From Alphaproteobacteria bacterium (GTDB lineage Bacteria; Pseudomonadota; Alphaproteobacteria; JBFXJJ01): a stretch of DNA of 64,000 bases. Location: positions 1-64,000 of the forward strand of contig JBFXJJ010000005.1 in assembly GCA_050175015.1 (NCBI GenBank), written 5' to 3'. A model generated the notes under the pieces. That model did no database searches. It was not told where the DNA came from and saw only the letters and a program-made list of their open reading frames with translations. Shown here piece after piece: positions 41,175-51,824 of this stretch. Made by a program: the position numbers and the translations under genes. Each line of letters opens with the position of its first letter. The first letter of the stretch is position 1.

Positions 41175-41804
41175 ATGAAACAAAAAATTTCTTCAAGTTT
41201 TATTAATATGGTTGGGGTTTTGTTTTTTGTAACCCTAATTTCTGCTAGTTCTCTTGCTGGAGTTTATAAAGTTACTAAAAATATTATCAATGAGATTGCG
41301 ATAAAAAAACAACAGGAAGCTCTAAAAGCTGTTATTGCAACGGATTATGACAATAATCCATTTGAAGAAAAAACGGTTGCAGGAAATATTGAGGTTTATC
41401 CAGCTAAGAAAAATGGCGATGTTACATCATATGCTATAAAATCCGTGAGTTCTAAGGGGTATAATGGCAATATCGAAATTATGCTTGGCTTACTTCCTGA
41501 TGGCGTTGTAAGTAATTTGGTTATTGTATCTCAATCTGAGACCCCAGGATTAGGAACAAGAGTTACAGAACCTCCTTTTGTTAATCAATTTAATGGCAAA
41601 AATTTGGCAAAAGGAATTTTAAAAGTTAAAAAAGATGGCGGTGATGTTGATGCGATAACAGGAGCAACTATTAGCTCTAGAGCTGTGACTGATGCTATAG
41701 CTAGAGCTTACTATTATTTTGTTAATGGTAAAGAGATGAGCAACGTGGAAAATGATGCTAAAACTAGTTCTGATAGTAAAACTGGCGCTAGCAAACTTTA
41801 TTAA
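41175..41804 (+). CDS. rnfG: Rnf complex subunit G
   Basis: ETPGLG; FMN site DAITGATISS. Confidence 0.95.
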   Translation: MKQKISSSFINMVGVLFFVTLISASSLAGVYKVTKNIINEIAIKKQQEALKAVIATDYDNNPFEEKTVAGNIEVYPAKKNGDVTSYAIKSVSSKGYNGNIEIMLGLLPDGVVSNLVIVSQSETPGLGTRVTEPPFVNQFNGKNLAKGILKVKKDGGDVDAITGATISSRAVTDAIARAYYYFVNGKEMSNVENDAKTSSDSKTGASKLY

Positions 41805-41839
41805 TTATTTTTTTACTACTATTTTTAAGGTGCTGACTA

Positions 41840-42427
41840 ATGAATAATTGGCAAAATTTAACTAAAGGAATTTTTAAAGAAAATCCTACTTTTGTTATGC
41901 TGCTGGGAATGTGTCCAACCCTAGGGGTTACAACTTCGGCAATTAATGGATTAGGTATGGGAGTGGCAACTCTTTTTGTGCTGATTATGGCTAATATTAC
42001 GGTTGCTGCTGTAAAAAACGTTATTCCTGATAAGGTTAGAATTCCTTGTTATATTGTAATTATTGCATCTTTTGTTACGATTGTTGATATGCTTATGGCG
42101 GCGTATTTGCCAGCACTCCACGCCCAACTCGGAATTTTTATTCCGTTAATCGTTGTTAACTGCATTATTTTAGGAAGAGCTGAAGCCTTTGCGGCTAAAA
42201 ATGGTATTTTTGCATCAATTCTTGATGCTGTGGGTATGGGGCTTGGGTTTACTCTTAGTTTAACCCTGCTTGGCAGTGTTCGTGAAATTTTAGGTAATGC
42301 TTCAATCTTTGGTTATGACTTGGGATTCAGCGGCAGTAAGATTATGTTCTTTATAACTCCGCCTGGAGCATTCTTAGTTTTGGGTTACTTGGTTGCTCTC
42401 ATTAATTGTTGTCGTAAAAAGGCTTAA
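41840..42427 (+). CDS. rnfE: Rnf complex subunit E
   Basis: LGMCPTL, PLIVVNCIILGRAE. Confidence 0.95.
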   Translation: MNNWQNLTKGIFKENPTFVMLLGMCPTLGVTTSAINGLGMGVATLFVLIMANITVAAVKNVIPDKVRIPCYIVIIASFVTIVDMLMAAYLPALHAQLGIFIPLIVVNCIILGRAEAFAAKNGIFASILDAVGMGLGFTLSLTLLGSVREILGNASIFGYDLGFSGSKIMFFITPPGAFLVLGYLVALINCCRKKA

Positions 42428-42451
42428 AATAAGTTTTAAAAGGTTTATAAA

Positions 42452-43027
42452 ATGGAATATGTAGCTATCATATTTACAGCAGTATTTGTAAATAATATTG
42501 TTTTATCACAGTTTCTCGGAATTTGTCCTTTTCTTGGCGTATCCAGTAAAAAAACAACCGCTTTTGGTATGGGTATGGCGGTTATGTTTGTTATGACATT
42601 GGCAACAATCGTAACTTGGGCCATATTTAATTATGTTTTAAAACCATTTGATATTGTTTTTATGCAAACTGTTACCTTTATTTTGGTAATTGCTGGTTTA
42701 GTTCAAATGGTGGAAATCATCTTAAAAAAAGTAGCGCCTCCATTATATCAGGCTTTAGGAATTTTCTTACCTCTTATTACTACTAACTGTACGGTATTAG
42801 GGGTTGCTTTGCTTGTTGTTCAAAAAGAATTTTCCTTATTTCAAGGCGTAGCATACGCCGTTGGAAATTCTTTAGGATTTACATTGGCAATAGTAGTATT
42901 TGCGGGAATAAGAGAGCATACAGCTTTACTTTCTATGCCGAAAGCAATGAAGGGTGCTCCGATTGCTCTTATAACTGCTAGCATTTTATCCTTGGCTTTT
43001 ATGGGCTTTGCAGGACTTGGAAATTAA
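42452..43027 (+). CDS. rnfA: Rnf complex subunit A
   Basis: [19 protein letters not shown]. Confidence 0.95.
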   Translation: MEYVAIIFTAVFVNNIVLSQFLGICPFLGVSSKKTTAFGMGMAVMFVMTLATIVTWAIFNYVLKPFDIVFMQTVTFILVIAGLVQMVEIILKKVAPPLYQALGIFLPLITTNCTVLGVALLVVQKEFSLFQGVAYAVGNSLGFTLAIVVFAGIREHTALLSMPKAMKGAPIALITASILSLAFMGFAGLGN

Positions 43028-43030
43028 GCC

Positions 43031-44179
43031 TTGATGTGTGATGCCACGAAAAATAAAGTTCAATTCAAATCTACAGGAATAGCTTTTGATAACAGCAATC
43101 TTGATAAAAGTGTTGCGGTATTAATGAGTGGCGGAGTAGACAGCAGTGTAACAGCCGTATTGTTGAAAGAAGAGGGCTGGAATGTCGTTGGGGTAACAAT
43201 GACTATTCCTGTTGCTGATGGTTCTTGCAATGGAACCGCTGCTTGCTGTGGTGCTGGTGCCGCTTTAATCTGTGCTAAAATCGGTATTCCTCATTTTATT
43301 GCATATACAGAAGAAGTTTTTACTAGAGAAGTAATCGATAGATTTAGGAATAGTTATCTTGAGGGCGGAACTCCAAGCCCGTGCGTTGATTGTAATACCT
43401 TTTTGAAATTCGGAGCGGTTTGGAACATCATAGAAGAAAACTTAGGAATTAAACACTTAGCTACGGGGCATTATGCTGAGATTAGACAGCTTGAAAACAA
43501 TGAATTTGCTTTAGCTAGAGGCAAAGATGCCAATAAAGATCAAAGCTATTTCCTTTATGGGATTCCTAAGGTGAAGCTGCCCTTTTTACATTTTCCTTTA
43601 GCCGCAACAACTAAAGATAAGACCAGATTAATTGCAGAAAAAACTAAACTACCCTGTGCTAAAAGGGCAGAAAGTATGGAAATATGCTTTGCTCCCAATG
43701 GCGATTACCGCCATATCTTTAGTAATGATATGCCTCGAACAGGAAATATTGTCGACAAAGACGGAAAGGTTTTAGGGGTTCACCAAGGAATTTATCGTTA
43801 TACTTTAGGGCAGAGAAGAGGTCTTGGTATTTCAAGTGCAGATGGTGAACCATTGTATGTTATAGCACTTAAAACAGATACCAATGAAGTGGTTGCGGGT
43901 AAAAAAGACGATTTGTTTACTAATACGGTTTTTGCTTGTAACGTTAATATTTTGATGCCTGAAAAGCTTAACAAATCTTGCAAGCTTTTTGGAAAAATTA
44001 GATCAACAGGAGCAGCGGAAAAATGTGAAGTTGCCTATTATGATGATATGATTTGTGCCGTTTTTGAAAAACCTGTTCTTGCTCCTGCAAAAGATCAACG
44101 ACTTGTTATCTATGATGAAAGCGGTATTGTTGTTGCTGGAGGATATATTACCTCTAAAACAGGGCTCTCTTTATCTTAA
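43031..44179 (+). CDS. mnmA: tRNA 2-thiouridylase (CC and CxxC type)
   Basis: SGGVDS, PCVDCN, ATGHY, KDQSYFL, ESMEICF, YTLGQRRG. Confidence 0.93.
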   Translation: MMCDATKNKVQFKSTGIAFDNSNLDKSVAVLMSGGVDSSVTAVLLKEEGWNVVGVTMTIPVADGSCNGTAACCGAGAALICAKIGIPHFIAYTEEVFTREVIDRFRNSYLEGGTPSPCVDCNTFLKFGAVWNIIEENLGIKHLATGHYAEIRQLENNEFALARGKDANKDQSYFLYGIPKVKLPFLHFPLAATTKDKTRLIAEKTKLPCAKRAESMEICFAPNGDYRHIFSNDMPRTGNIVDKDGKVLGVHQGIYRYTLGQRRGLGISSADGEPLYVIALKTDTNEVVAGKKDDLFTNTVFACNVNILMPEKLNKSCKLFGKIRSTGAAEKCEVAYYDDMICAVFEKPVLAPAKDQRLVIYDESGIVVAGGYITSKTGLSLS

Positions 44180-44261
44180 AAATTATAAATATTTTGAAAT
44201 TAGTTCTTACTCTTTCTTTAAAGTGAGCTAGATATTATCTAAAGTTAAGATTCATTTACAT

Positions 44262-44296
44262 AAAAAAAGAGAGAGGAAATGGGGCTCCTCTCTCTT
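44262..44296 (-). terminator. Strong intrinsic terminator oriented for the minus strand
   Basis: Perfect 11-bp stem 44267-44277/44286-44296; A7 at 44262-44268 reads as U7 on the minus strand. Confidence 0.85.
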
Positions 44297-44390
44297 CAGT
44301 TTAGCTATAAACGGTTTCCCCCCTTGTTATTATTATCATTTTTTTATTATTGTTTGTTTATAGCTCTTATTTTTATTTTTTTCTTTATAT
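44262..44390 (-). ncRNA. Candidate ~130-nt small RNA with an A-rich loop
   Basis: TTGACA(44423-44418)-16-TAATAT promoter, 10-bp stem 44303-44312/44356-44365, terminator; no credible CDS. Confidence 0.55.
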
Positions 44391-44439
44391 AATAAATATT
44401 ACATAATTTTAACAAAGTGTCAACATTGAAATAACAAAA

Positions 44440-44476
44440 TTAGCAAAAAATACCACTTTAAAGTGCTTTTTGCTAA
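44440..44476. promoter_or_regulatory. Extended inverted repeat upstream of the sRNA promoter
   Basis: TTAGCAAAAA...TTTTTGCTAA enclosing the palindrome CACTTTAAAGTG. Confidence 0.45.
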
Positions 44477-44794
44477 TAAAACATTGTTTTATATAGCATA
44501 ATTCTACTAAAAAATGTTAGATTTGTTAAAATATTGTAACAATTGTATGGCGTTTTTTAACCTAAAATAACTGATTTTAGCAAAAATAACTGAGCATTAA
44601 TTCCTATAGCACCAAATATCAAAGCGATTCTATAAAATTATTCATCATTTTTTAAAATAAAAAAAGATAGCAAATGCCATATAAACATTAAAAAAGATAG
44701 TAATTAATTTTTCTATAACATTTTAAAATTAAATTATTACTTTATAAATGAATAATCAGGTTGTGCAGCTTTAGAGCTGGTTTTGATATTGTTA

Positions 44795-45742
44795 TTATGA
44801 TTTTTTACAAAAACATTTTAGAAATTTAGGCAGATTAATAATCAAAAAACGTTTAATAATTTGAGGAAGTCTCAATGCAACATATTTTAAAAGCTTAAAA
44901 AAGGATGTTTCGGTTAAAATAACATTGGTTGCTAAATCTAAATAATAATCAGCATATTCTTTTTTGCCAATCTTAGCGTAATATTTATGGGTTAGAATTT
45001 TATCCATAAAATTATCTACATAGCCTGTTTGGCGATCCGTATTAGTTATACCTGTTGTGAGTCTGTTGTAAACGGAAGGTTTTATATCGGGTAAATATTT
45101 GCCCTTGCCATGGTTGCCAAGCAATGAGTTTAAGAAAAAATCACCGCCTTTTAACAAATTATATTCATAAGGCAGGGGCATAATAACATTACGAAAGAAA
45201 GAAGAGGAGGTGTGAAAAAACACCTTTCTTTTAATAAGGTCTTCACAACTGGCATCGCTAGATTTTTGCAAAGTAGTTGTGTTATACACTTCATCTTTCC
45301 AAATAATGTCGTGGTAACATACAGAATAGTCAGGATTGCTTTCTAGGAAATCAAATTGTATCTGTAATTTATTCTCATCAGTCCAATAGTCATCGCATTC
45401 ACAAATAGCCATATATTTGGTTTTTATATCATCAAAAAAATTCTTAAAGCCGGCATTCCTAGGTTCTTTAGTGAATTGATTTTCTTTTCTAATAATGGTT
45501 TTAATAATATTAGGAAATTTTTCAGCATATTCTTTTACAATTTTGGTTGTATCATCGGTCGAAGCATCATCATGAATAATTATGATAAATGGAAAGTTTG
45601 TTTTCTGCATTAAAAAGCTATCTAAAGCGGCAGCAATAAAACGTTCGTGGTTATAAGCTATGGCTGCAATAGTAAGAAGAGGAATTTTAGAATTCCAATT
45701 TTTCATTATTTCAGCTTCGTTTTTTTTAAACATTTTAAGCAC
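44795..45742 (-). CDS. GT2 family glycosyltransferase
   Basis: AYNHE, HDDASTD, CECDDYWTDENKLQ. Confidence 0.92.
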   Translation of the reverse strand: MLKMFKKNEAEIMKNWNSKIPLLTIAAIAYNHERFIAAALDSFLMQKTNFPFIIIIHDDASTDDTTKIVKEYAEKFPNIIKTIIRKENQFTKEPRNAGFKNFFDDIKTKYMAICECDDYWTDENKLQIQFDFLESNPDYSVCYHDIIWKDEVYNTTTLQKSSDASCEDLIKRKVFFHTSSSFFRNVIMPLPYEYNLLKGGDFFLNSLLGNHGKGKYLPDIKPSVYNRLTTGITNTDRQTGYVDNFMDKILTHKYYAKIGKKEYADYYLDLATNVILTETSFFKLLKYVALRLPQIIKRFLIINLPKFLKCFCKKS

Positions 45743-45767
45743 CGGGAAAAAGCAATTTTAAGAATGG

Positions 45768-46637
45768 TTATTTTTCTTTTACAATTTCTTGCAAATATTT
45801 GCCATAAGGATTTTTAGTATAATTTTTAGCACTTTTTAAAATAGTTTCTGCACTTAACCAATTATTATTAAATGCTATTTCTTCAAGGCAGCCGATTTTA
45901 AAACCTTGCCGTTGTTCTATGGTTTCAACAAATTGTGAAGCCGATAATAAATTTTCGTGGGTTCCTGTATCAAGCCACGCAAAACCACGTCCTAAAATTT
46001 CGACTTTAACTGCTTCTTTTTCAAGATAAATTTGATTTATACTTGTTATTTCATATTCTCCACGTTTAGACGGTTTTACTTGTTTAGCAATATCAACCAC
46101 GTGATTATCATAAAAATACAGACCCGTTAGAGCAAAGTTGGATTTGGGCTCGCTTGGTTTTTCTTCAATAGATAAGACCTTAAAATCATCATCAAATTCA
46201 ACAACTCCAAAATGCTCTGGATTTTTTACTTGGTAACCAAAAAGAATTGCGCCGTATTCAATTTGGGCTGATCTTTTTAAAATTGGTGTAAATCCTGGAC
46301 CATAAAAAATATTGTCGCCCAGAATAAGGCAAACATTGTCATCACCAATAAACTCTTCGCCAATTATAAATGCTTGAGCAAGTCCGTTTGGTTTAGGCTG
46401 GACAGAATAAGAAAGATTAATGCCAAATTGAGAACCATCTTGCATAAGACGCTTAAAGCTGGACTGATCTTCTGGTGTTGTAATAATTAGAATATCTCGA
46501 ATTCCAGCCAGCATTAAAACTGACAGCGGATAATAAATCATAGGCTTATCATAAATGGGAAGCAACTGTTTAGAAACGCCTATCGTTGCAGGGTATAATC
46601 TTGTTCCACTGCCGCCTGCAAGAATAATTCCCTTCAT
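45768..46637 (-). CDS. rfbA: Glucose-1-phosphate thymidylyltransferase
   Basis: [32 protein letters not shown]. Confidence 0.97.
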   Translation of the reverse strand: MKGIILAGGSGTRLYPATIGVSKQLLPIYDKPMIYYPLSVLMLAGIRDILIITTPEDQSSFKRLMQDGSQFGINLSYSVQPKPNGLAQAFIIGEEFIGDDNVCLILGDNIFYGPGFTPILKRSAQIEYGAILFGYQVKNPEHFGVVEFDDDFKVLSIEEKPSEPKSNFALTGLYFYDNHVVDIAKQVKPSKRGEYEITSINQIYLEKEAVKVEILGRGFAWLDTGTHENLLSASQFVETIEQRQGFKIGCLEEIAFNNNWLSAETILKSAKNYTKNPYGKYLQEIVKEK

Positions 46638-46647
46638 TTTAATACTC

Positions 46648-47712
46648 CTATTTAATTAATCCTAATCGTTCACCTTGATAGGAACCATTTTTAATTCTTT
46701 GCCACCAAGTTTTATGTTCTAAATACCATCTTACCGTTTTTCTAAGTCCAGTTTCAAATGTTTCGAGCGGCTTCCAACCAAGTTCATTCCTGATTTTAGA
46801 CGCATCAATGGCATAGCGCATATCATGACCTGGTCTATCGGTTACAAAAGTTATTAAATCTTCATATTTTGTAACTCCAGATGGTTTATGCGGCTCTAGC
46901 TCTTCCATAAGTTTGCAAATGGTTTTTACAATATCAATATTGCGTTGTTCATTAAAACCGCCAATATTATAAGTCTCGCCATTTTTGCCTTTGGTTAAAA
47001 CTGAATATAAAGCTCTTACGTGATCGTCCACATAAAGCCAGTCTCTAATCTGATTCCCTTGACCATAAACGGGCAATTTTTTTCCTTCCAGACAATTTAA
47101 AATCATTAAAGGGATAAGTTTTTCTGGAAATTGATAAGGACCATAATTGTTGGAACAGTTAGTAATAACAGTTGGCAGTCCATAGGTTCTAAACCAAGCT
47201 CTGACTAGATGATCAGAACTTGCTTTGCTGGAAGAATAGGGTGAGCTTGGCGCATAGGGGGTTTTCTCAGTGAAAAAACTCTTAGTATCAGCTAAATCGC
47301 CATAGACTTCATCAGTAGAAATATGGTGAAATTTGAATAATGACTTTTTGTTTGTCTCTAGCTCCGAGTAGTATTTTCTTGATGTTTCTAAAAGATTGTA
47401 GGTTCCGATTATATTAGTTTGAATAAATGCCAAAGGACCATCTATTGAGCGGTCAACGTGTGATTCTGCGGCTAAATGCATAACTGCATCGGGCTTATGT
47501 TTTTTAAAAATGGTTTCAATTTCTTTTAAGTTACAAATATCTGCTTGTTCAAAAGTATAGCGGCTGCTGCTTGTTACATCTTCTAAAGATTCTAAATTCC
47601 CAGCATAAGTTAATTTATCAAGATTGATGATTTCATCAGAAGTTTCTTGGAAAATAAACCTAAGAACTGCTGAACCTATAAAACCTGCGCCGCCTGTAAC
47701 TAGAATTTTCAT
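46648..47712 (-). CDS. rfbB: dTDP-glucose 4,6-dehydratase
   Basis: [30 protein letters not shown]. Confidence 0.97.
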   Translation of the reverse strand: MKILVTGGAGFIGSAVLRFIFQETSDEIINLDKLTYAGNLESLEDVTSSSRYTFEQADICNLKEIETIFKKHKPDAVMHLAAESHVDRSIDGPLAFIQTNIIGTYNLLETSRKYYSELETNKKSLFKFHHISTDEVYGDLADTKSFFTEKTPYAPSSPYSSSKASSDHLVRAWFRTYGLPTVITNCSNNYGPYQFPEKLIPLMILNCLEGKKLPVYGQGNQIRDWLYVDDHVRALYSVLTKGKNGETYNIGGFNEQRNIDIVKTICKLMEELEPHKPSGVTKYEDLITFVTDRPGHDMRYAIDASKIRNELGWKPLETFETGLRKTVRWYLEHKTWWQRIKNGSYQGERLGLIK

Positions 47713-47724
47713 AAATAATCCTTC

Positions 47725-49269
47725 TTATTTCTGGTTAAAATCGCTGGTAAGTTTTTTCTTATCGATTTTACCATTAGCATTTTTAGGAAGCATATCTTTA
47801 ATTTCAATTATGTTCGGAAGCATATAATCAGGAAGATATTTTTTCAAATCTTCTCTAACCTCTTTTTCTTCTTTGTTTTCAGAGGTGGCAACAAAAGCTA
47901 TTATTTTGCCATAACCGACATTAGATCTTTGATAAATAGCAGCTGATTGCGAAATATAATCAAGCTGATTAATCGCATTTTCAATTTCTTCAAGCTCAAT
48001 GCGATACCCCATATGTTTAATTTGATTGTCTTTACGACCAATAAACCATAATAGACCATCTTCTTCTTTTACTAAGTCTCCCGTTTTATACATAATTTCA
48101 GTATAATTAGGCTGCATAGGATTTTTAACAAACGATTTTTGTGTTTGTTCTAAGCTGTTATAATATCCCATCGAGATATTAGAACCTAAGATGCAAAGTT
48201 CACCTTTTTCACCCAAGTTTGCAGGTTTTTCATCATCATCTAAAATAAGGTAATCAAAATTGGGATTTATTTTCCCAAGCGGGGGAAGGGTATCAAAGTT
48301 TTCGAAATCCTTATCAGTAATATCATAAAAACTGCAAATGCACGTTCCCTCTGTTGGTCCATAAACATTAACAAAACGAGCTTTTTCCTTGTATAAATCA
48401 TAAAGCTTTTTAAGCTCAACTTTAGGGAAGCCTTCGCCGCCAAAAGTGAAAACTCTAATGGTGTTCATCGTATCTTTTCTTAAAACACGCATTGTTAAAA
48501 GGTATATAAGAAGAGATGGAACCGAAAACCAAATGCTGCACTCTAGCTTATCAATATATTTTACAAGTTCTAACGGTGATTTTAAAAGTTCTTTAGAGAT
48601 TGGAGCAAGTGAAGCTCCTGCGAATAATGCGGTATAAAAATCAAAAACCGAATTGTCAAAATAAACGGGGCTTAACTGTGCAAAAATATCTTTAGAACTT
48701 ATGTTATAACAAGGAATGCTCCAGTTAAGAAAGCTGATAATATTAGCGTGAGAAATAACAACACCTTTAGGAACGCCCGTAGAACCTGATGTAAACATAA
48801 TATAAGCAGGGACGGCACCTGTTACTAGCTTGGTTAATTCCAAATTGTTGTCGTCATAATCTTTTAGAAAATCTTTGGAAAGTTCTGATAGTTTTAAATT
48901 TTCTTCGTTTAAATGATTTTTAAAATCGTCTGAAGGCTTGTGGTCTATAAGCAGTAATTTGGGCTGGCATTGCTCAAAAATTTTATTAAGCCGTTCTTTA
49001 GGATTATTTTCATCAATATTAGTATAAGTCGCACCAATTTTTAGGCAGGCAATCATTGAAGCATAGCCTATAGGCGTTTTATCATTAAAGATGCCAACAA
49101 CATCTTTGGTTTTTATTTGACTGGCAACTAAAAAATGAGCAATTTTATTGGCAAGTTTATTGATTTCGGAATAAGTTACCGATGAATTTTCATATCTTAA
49201 ACTAATATTATCGGCATTTTTTAAGGCAATATCTTCAAAAAGAAGACCTAAGTTAAAAGAATAAAGCAA
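47725..49269 (-). CDS. Stand-alone amino-acid adenylation domain (DltA-like)
   Basis: YIMFTSGSTGVPKG, FDNS, NVYGPTE, YKTGD, GRKDNQIK, NGKID. Confidence 0.92.
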   Translation of the reverse strand: MLYSFNLGLLFEDIALKNADNISLRYENSSVTYSEINKLANKIAHFLVASQIKTKDVVGIFNDKTPIGYASMIACLKIGATYTNIDENNPKERLNKIFEQCQPKLLLIDHKPSDDFKNHLNEENLKLSELSKDFLKDYDDNNLELTKLVTGAVPAYIMFTSGSTGVPKGVVISHANIISFLNWSIPCYNISSKDIFAQLSPVYFDNSVFDFYTALFAGASLAPISKELLKSPLELVKYIDKLECSIWFSVPSLLIYLLTMRVLRKDTMNTIRVFTFGGEGFPKVELKKLYDLYKEKARFVNVYGPTEGTCICSFYDITDKDFENFDTLPPLGKINPNFDYLILDDDEKPANLGEKGELCILGSNISMGYYNSLEQTQKSFVKNPMQPNYTEIMYKTGDLVKEEDGLLWFIGRKDNQIKHMGYRIELEEIENAINQLDYISQSAAIYQRSNVGYGKIIAFVATSENKEEKEVREDLKKYLPDYMLPNIIEIKDMLPKNANGKIDKKKLTSDFNQK

Positions 49270-49271
49270 AA

Positions 49272-50201
49272 CTATTCCTCCAAAACCGCATAACCAAAGC
49301 CAGATTGACCAAAACCGTTACCATTATAAAACATATATATACCATAAGGCGTTTTTACAACATAAGGATAGGCAAGCATTTTGCTGTCCCAGCCATCTGG
49401 TGAAACTTCAATTCCTGCATTATCATCATCTCTAGTCCAATTTTTTAAGTCTTTAGAATAGGCGTAACCTATACGATACGCATCTTTGCCATCACGAAAG
49501 TCTTCAATGCCACGGTAACAGAACCACATATGATATGTATCATTAATTTTTATAAAACTGGGTCTAGTATTAGCCTCATTTTTTAATTTAGTAGGAAGAA
49601 GAGGGGTCGTGTTTCTTTCCCAGTTAATTAAATCTTTTGATTTTGTAAAAACAATTTCATACATACTTTCAAGCTTGCCATTGGCTTCGATCCATTTGGT
49701 GCCTGTTACATAGTTGCCATAATATTCCCCATCATATTTTTCAAAATTAACGGCTAATGCAGAATAAATTTCATCTCTAGTTCTATCCATTACAGGACCA
49801 ATAAACATTTTTTCAAATGTTAAACCATTATCGTTACTAACGGCTAAGCCTTCCCAATTACTATAAGGAATTGTTGTTCTTCTACTCCAGCCAGCATAGT
49901 AAAAATAAATTTCTCCATCATCTTTCCGATAAACAAAATTAGGCATAGCTCCGTGTTCGTCGAAATGACCTTCTTCTCCTGGCGTCAAAACAGGTTTATC
50001 GTAAATTTTTAAAATGTTTTGAGGATTTTTTATATCTAAATCCATCATTGCGGAATATGTTAATCCTATTTCAGGTCTTGTTGCAAAGTAAACTCTAAGT
50101 CTATCTTCTAAAACTAAAACGGTTGGGATTTGAGCGTGGCTTTTAATCCAACCATATTCACCGTTGGCTTTAAATATTAAGCCTTTTTTTATCCACCTCA
50201 T
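49272..50201 (-). CDS. Cytoplasmic five-bladed beta-propeller glycoside-hydrolase-like protein
   Basis: Asp-box-like repeats SNDNGLTF, SKDLINW, SKDLKNW; YMFYNGNGFG; no signal peptide. Confidence 0.7.
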   Translation of the reverse strand: MRWIKKGLIFKANGEYGWIKSHAQIPTVLVLEDRLRVYFATRPEIGLTYSAMMDLDIKNPQNILKIYDKPVLTPGEEGHFDEHGAMPNFVYRKDDGEIYFYYAGWSRRTTIPYSNWEGLAVSNDNGLTFEKMFIGPVMDRTRDEIYSALAVNFEKYDGEYYGNYVTGTKWIEANGKLESMYEIVFTKSKDLINWERNTTPLLPTKLKNEANTRPSFIKINDTYHMWFCYRGIEDFRDGKDAYRIGYAYSKDLKNWTRDDDNAGIEVSPDGWDSKMLAYPYVVKTPYGIYMFYNGNGFGQSGFGYAVLEE

Positions 50202-50204
50202 AAC

Positions 50205-51062
50205 TTAATCCTTTAGAATTGTTCCGTTTTTTATTAAAGAAACTTCTTGGTCAAAATTTCTTAATTTTAAATAACAGTCATTTTTTTTAATTAGAAGATG
50301 ATTTTCATAATTGATGACAACTTCACCGTCTTGATAGTCATTTAATTTTGATAAAAGATATTCATTACTAACAATTTCGCAATCAAATACCTTATACGTA
50401 TCGTTTTCAAATATAAAATAAGCCCCTTGAGACTTATTAGAAAACGCTTTTATTTTTTGATAAATCTCAAGTGCTGTTTTAGAAAAATCGATTTTTAAAT
50501 CATCATCTTTTTTAGTGTAATAAATTTCACTACCAGATTTTTCCTGTTTTTTTATCGGTTTAAAATTTTTATTAAAAGCATCAATAAAAACTTCTTTTTC
50601 AGCCATAAAACTTAGTTGATATAAAAGAGCGGCATCTAAATCTTTAGAATATGGAATCTTAATTTGGGAAACAATATCTCCATTATCAATTTTATCGTCC
50701 ATAATATGACAGGTTGCGCCTGCATCTTTTCCATATAACAACGCTCCGACTTGAGGATCTGCGCCTCTTAAATCAGGTAAAAAAGACGGGTGAATATTGA
50801 TAAATTCTTTCCCATCTTTTTTTAAGTCTGAAATTGGTAAGATATGAGGGCAGCCGTTAGAAATCATAATATTAAATGGGGTATTATTGATTTCTTTTAT
50901 TAGCTCGGATTTGCTGGCAATAGATATAAAATTTAGGTTGCGGCTTTTTAATTCTTTTTCTAAATAGGAACCTTTAATTGCAAAAATTTTCACAATGTTT
51001 AAACCAAGCTTAAACATTTCCTCTAAAACAAAACAACGGTTTCCTACAAAAGTAAAAGTCAT
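50205..51062 (-). CDS. Sugar N-formyltransferase-like protein
   Basis: INIHPSFLPDLRG, GATCHIMDDKIDNGDI. Confidence 0.88.
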   Translation of the reverse strand: MTFTFVGNRCFVLEEMFKLGLNIVKIFAIKGSYLEKELKSRNLNFISIASKSELIKEINNTPFNIMISNGCPHILPISDLKKDGKEFINIHPSFLPDLRGADPQVGALLYGKDAGATCHIMDDKIDNGDIVSQIKIPYSKDLDAALLYQLSFMAEKEVFIDAFNKNFKPIKKQEKSGSEIYYTKKDDDLKIDFSKTALEIYQKIKAFSNKSQGAYFIFENDTYKVFDCEIVSNEYLLSKLNDYQDGEVVINYENHLLIKKNDCYLKLRNFDQEVSLIKNGTILKD

Positions 51063-51072
51063 AACCCTATTT

Positions 51073-51816
51073 TTAAATTACTAAACCACCATCAACTTCA
51101 ATAATTTTGCCGCTGAAATGGTCATTTTCGATAACAAATTCAATGGTGCTCGCAATGTTTTGAGCATTTCCTAGTTTTTTGATAGGTGTATGGTTTTTCA
51201 TATCATCTAGGATTTGTTCACTTATTGCGTGATGGGTTGATTCTGTGTCCATAAATCCAGGGGCAATCGCAGCGGTTCTAATTCCAAAGCCGCCAAGTTC
51301 TTTTGCCCAAACCTTAGTTAACGCTTCAACTCCAGCTTTTGCTGCCGCATAAGCTGATTGTCCAGCATTACCTTTAGAACTAATAGAACTGATATTAATA
51401 ATAATACCCTTTATTCTGTTAACAATCATTTGCTCCGCTACATAAGAACTTAAAACAAACGGAGCCGTGAGGTTTAAATCGATTGTTTTTTGCCAAGTAG
51501 AGATTTTATGGCGGCGTTCTTTGGACATAATATTGATTAAAGGCTCACTATGCAAAATGCCCGCATTATTAACTAAAATATCAATATTACCAAGTTTTGC
51601 TTTTACTTGTTCTAATGCCTGTTCAACAGAATCTGTTTTTGTTATATCACAGTTAAGTTTTAAAATATCTGTGGAATCGCCAATATTATCGAGCGCCTCT
51701 TGATCTATGTCTAAAATGGCAACTTTTCCACCACATGAGAGAAGCATATCGGTGATAGCTTTTCCTAAACCTTTAGCTCCGCCAGTAACAACTGCTACAC
51801 TATTTTCTATTTTCAT
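51073..51816 (-). CDS. FabG-like short-chain dehydrogenase/reductase
   Basis: TGGAKGLG, NNAG, YAAAK, VDGG. Confidence 0.92.
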   Translation of the reverse strand: MKIENSVAVVTGGAKGLGKAITDMLLSCGGKVAILDIDQEALDNIGDSTDILKLNCDITKTDSVEQALEQVKAKLGNIDILVNNAGILHSEPLINIMSKERRHKISTWQKTIDLNLTAPFVLSSYVAEQMIVNRIKGIIINISSISSKGNAGQSAYAAAKAGVEALTKVWAKELGGFGIRTAAIAPGFMDTESTHHAISEQILDDMKNHTPIKKLGNAQNIASTIEFVIENDHFSGKIIEVDGGLVI

Positions 51817-51824
51817 TTTTTATC

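Noticed and set aside
44301-44339. Ile attenuator peptide MIIITRGETVYS on the minus strand
   Set aside because: No SD before the ATG and no downstream minus-strand gene to regulate.
44441-44456. Sigma54 promoter (TGGTA...TTGCT, minus strand)
   Set aside because: GG-to-GC spacing is 8 nt instead of 10.
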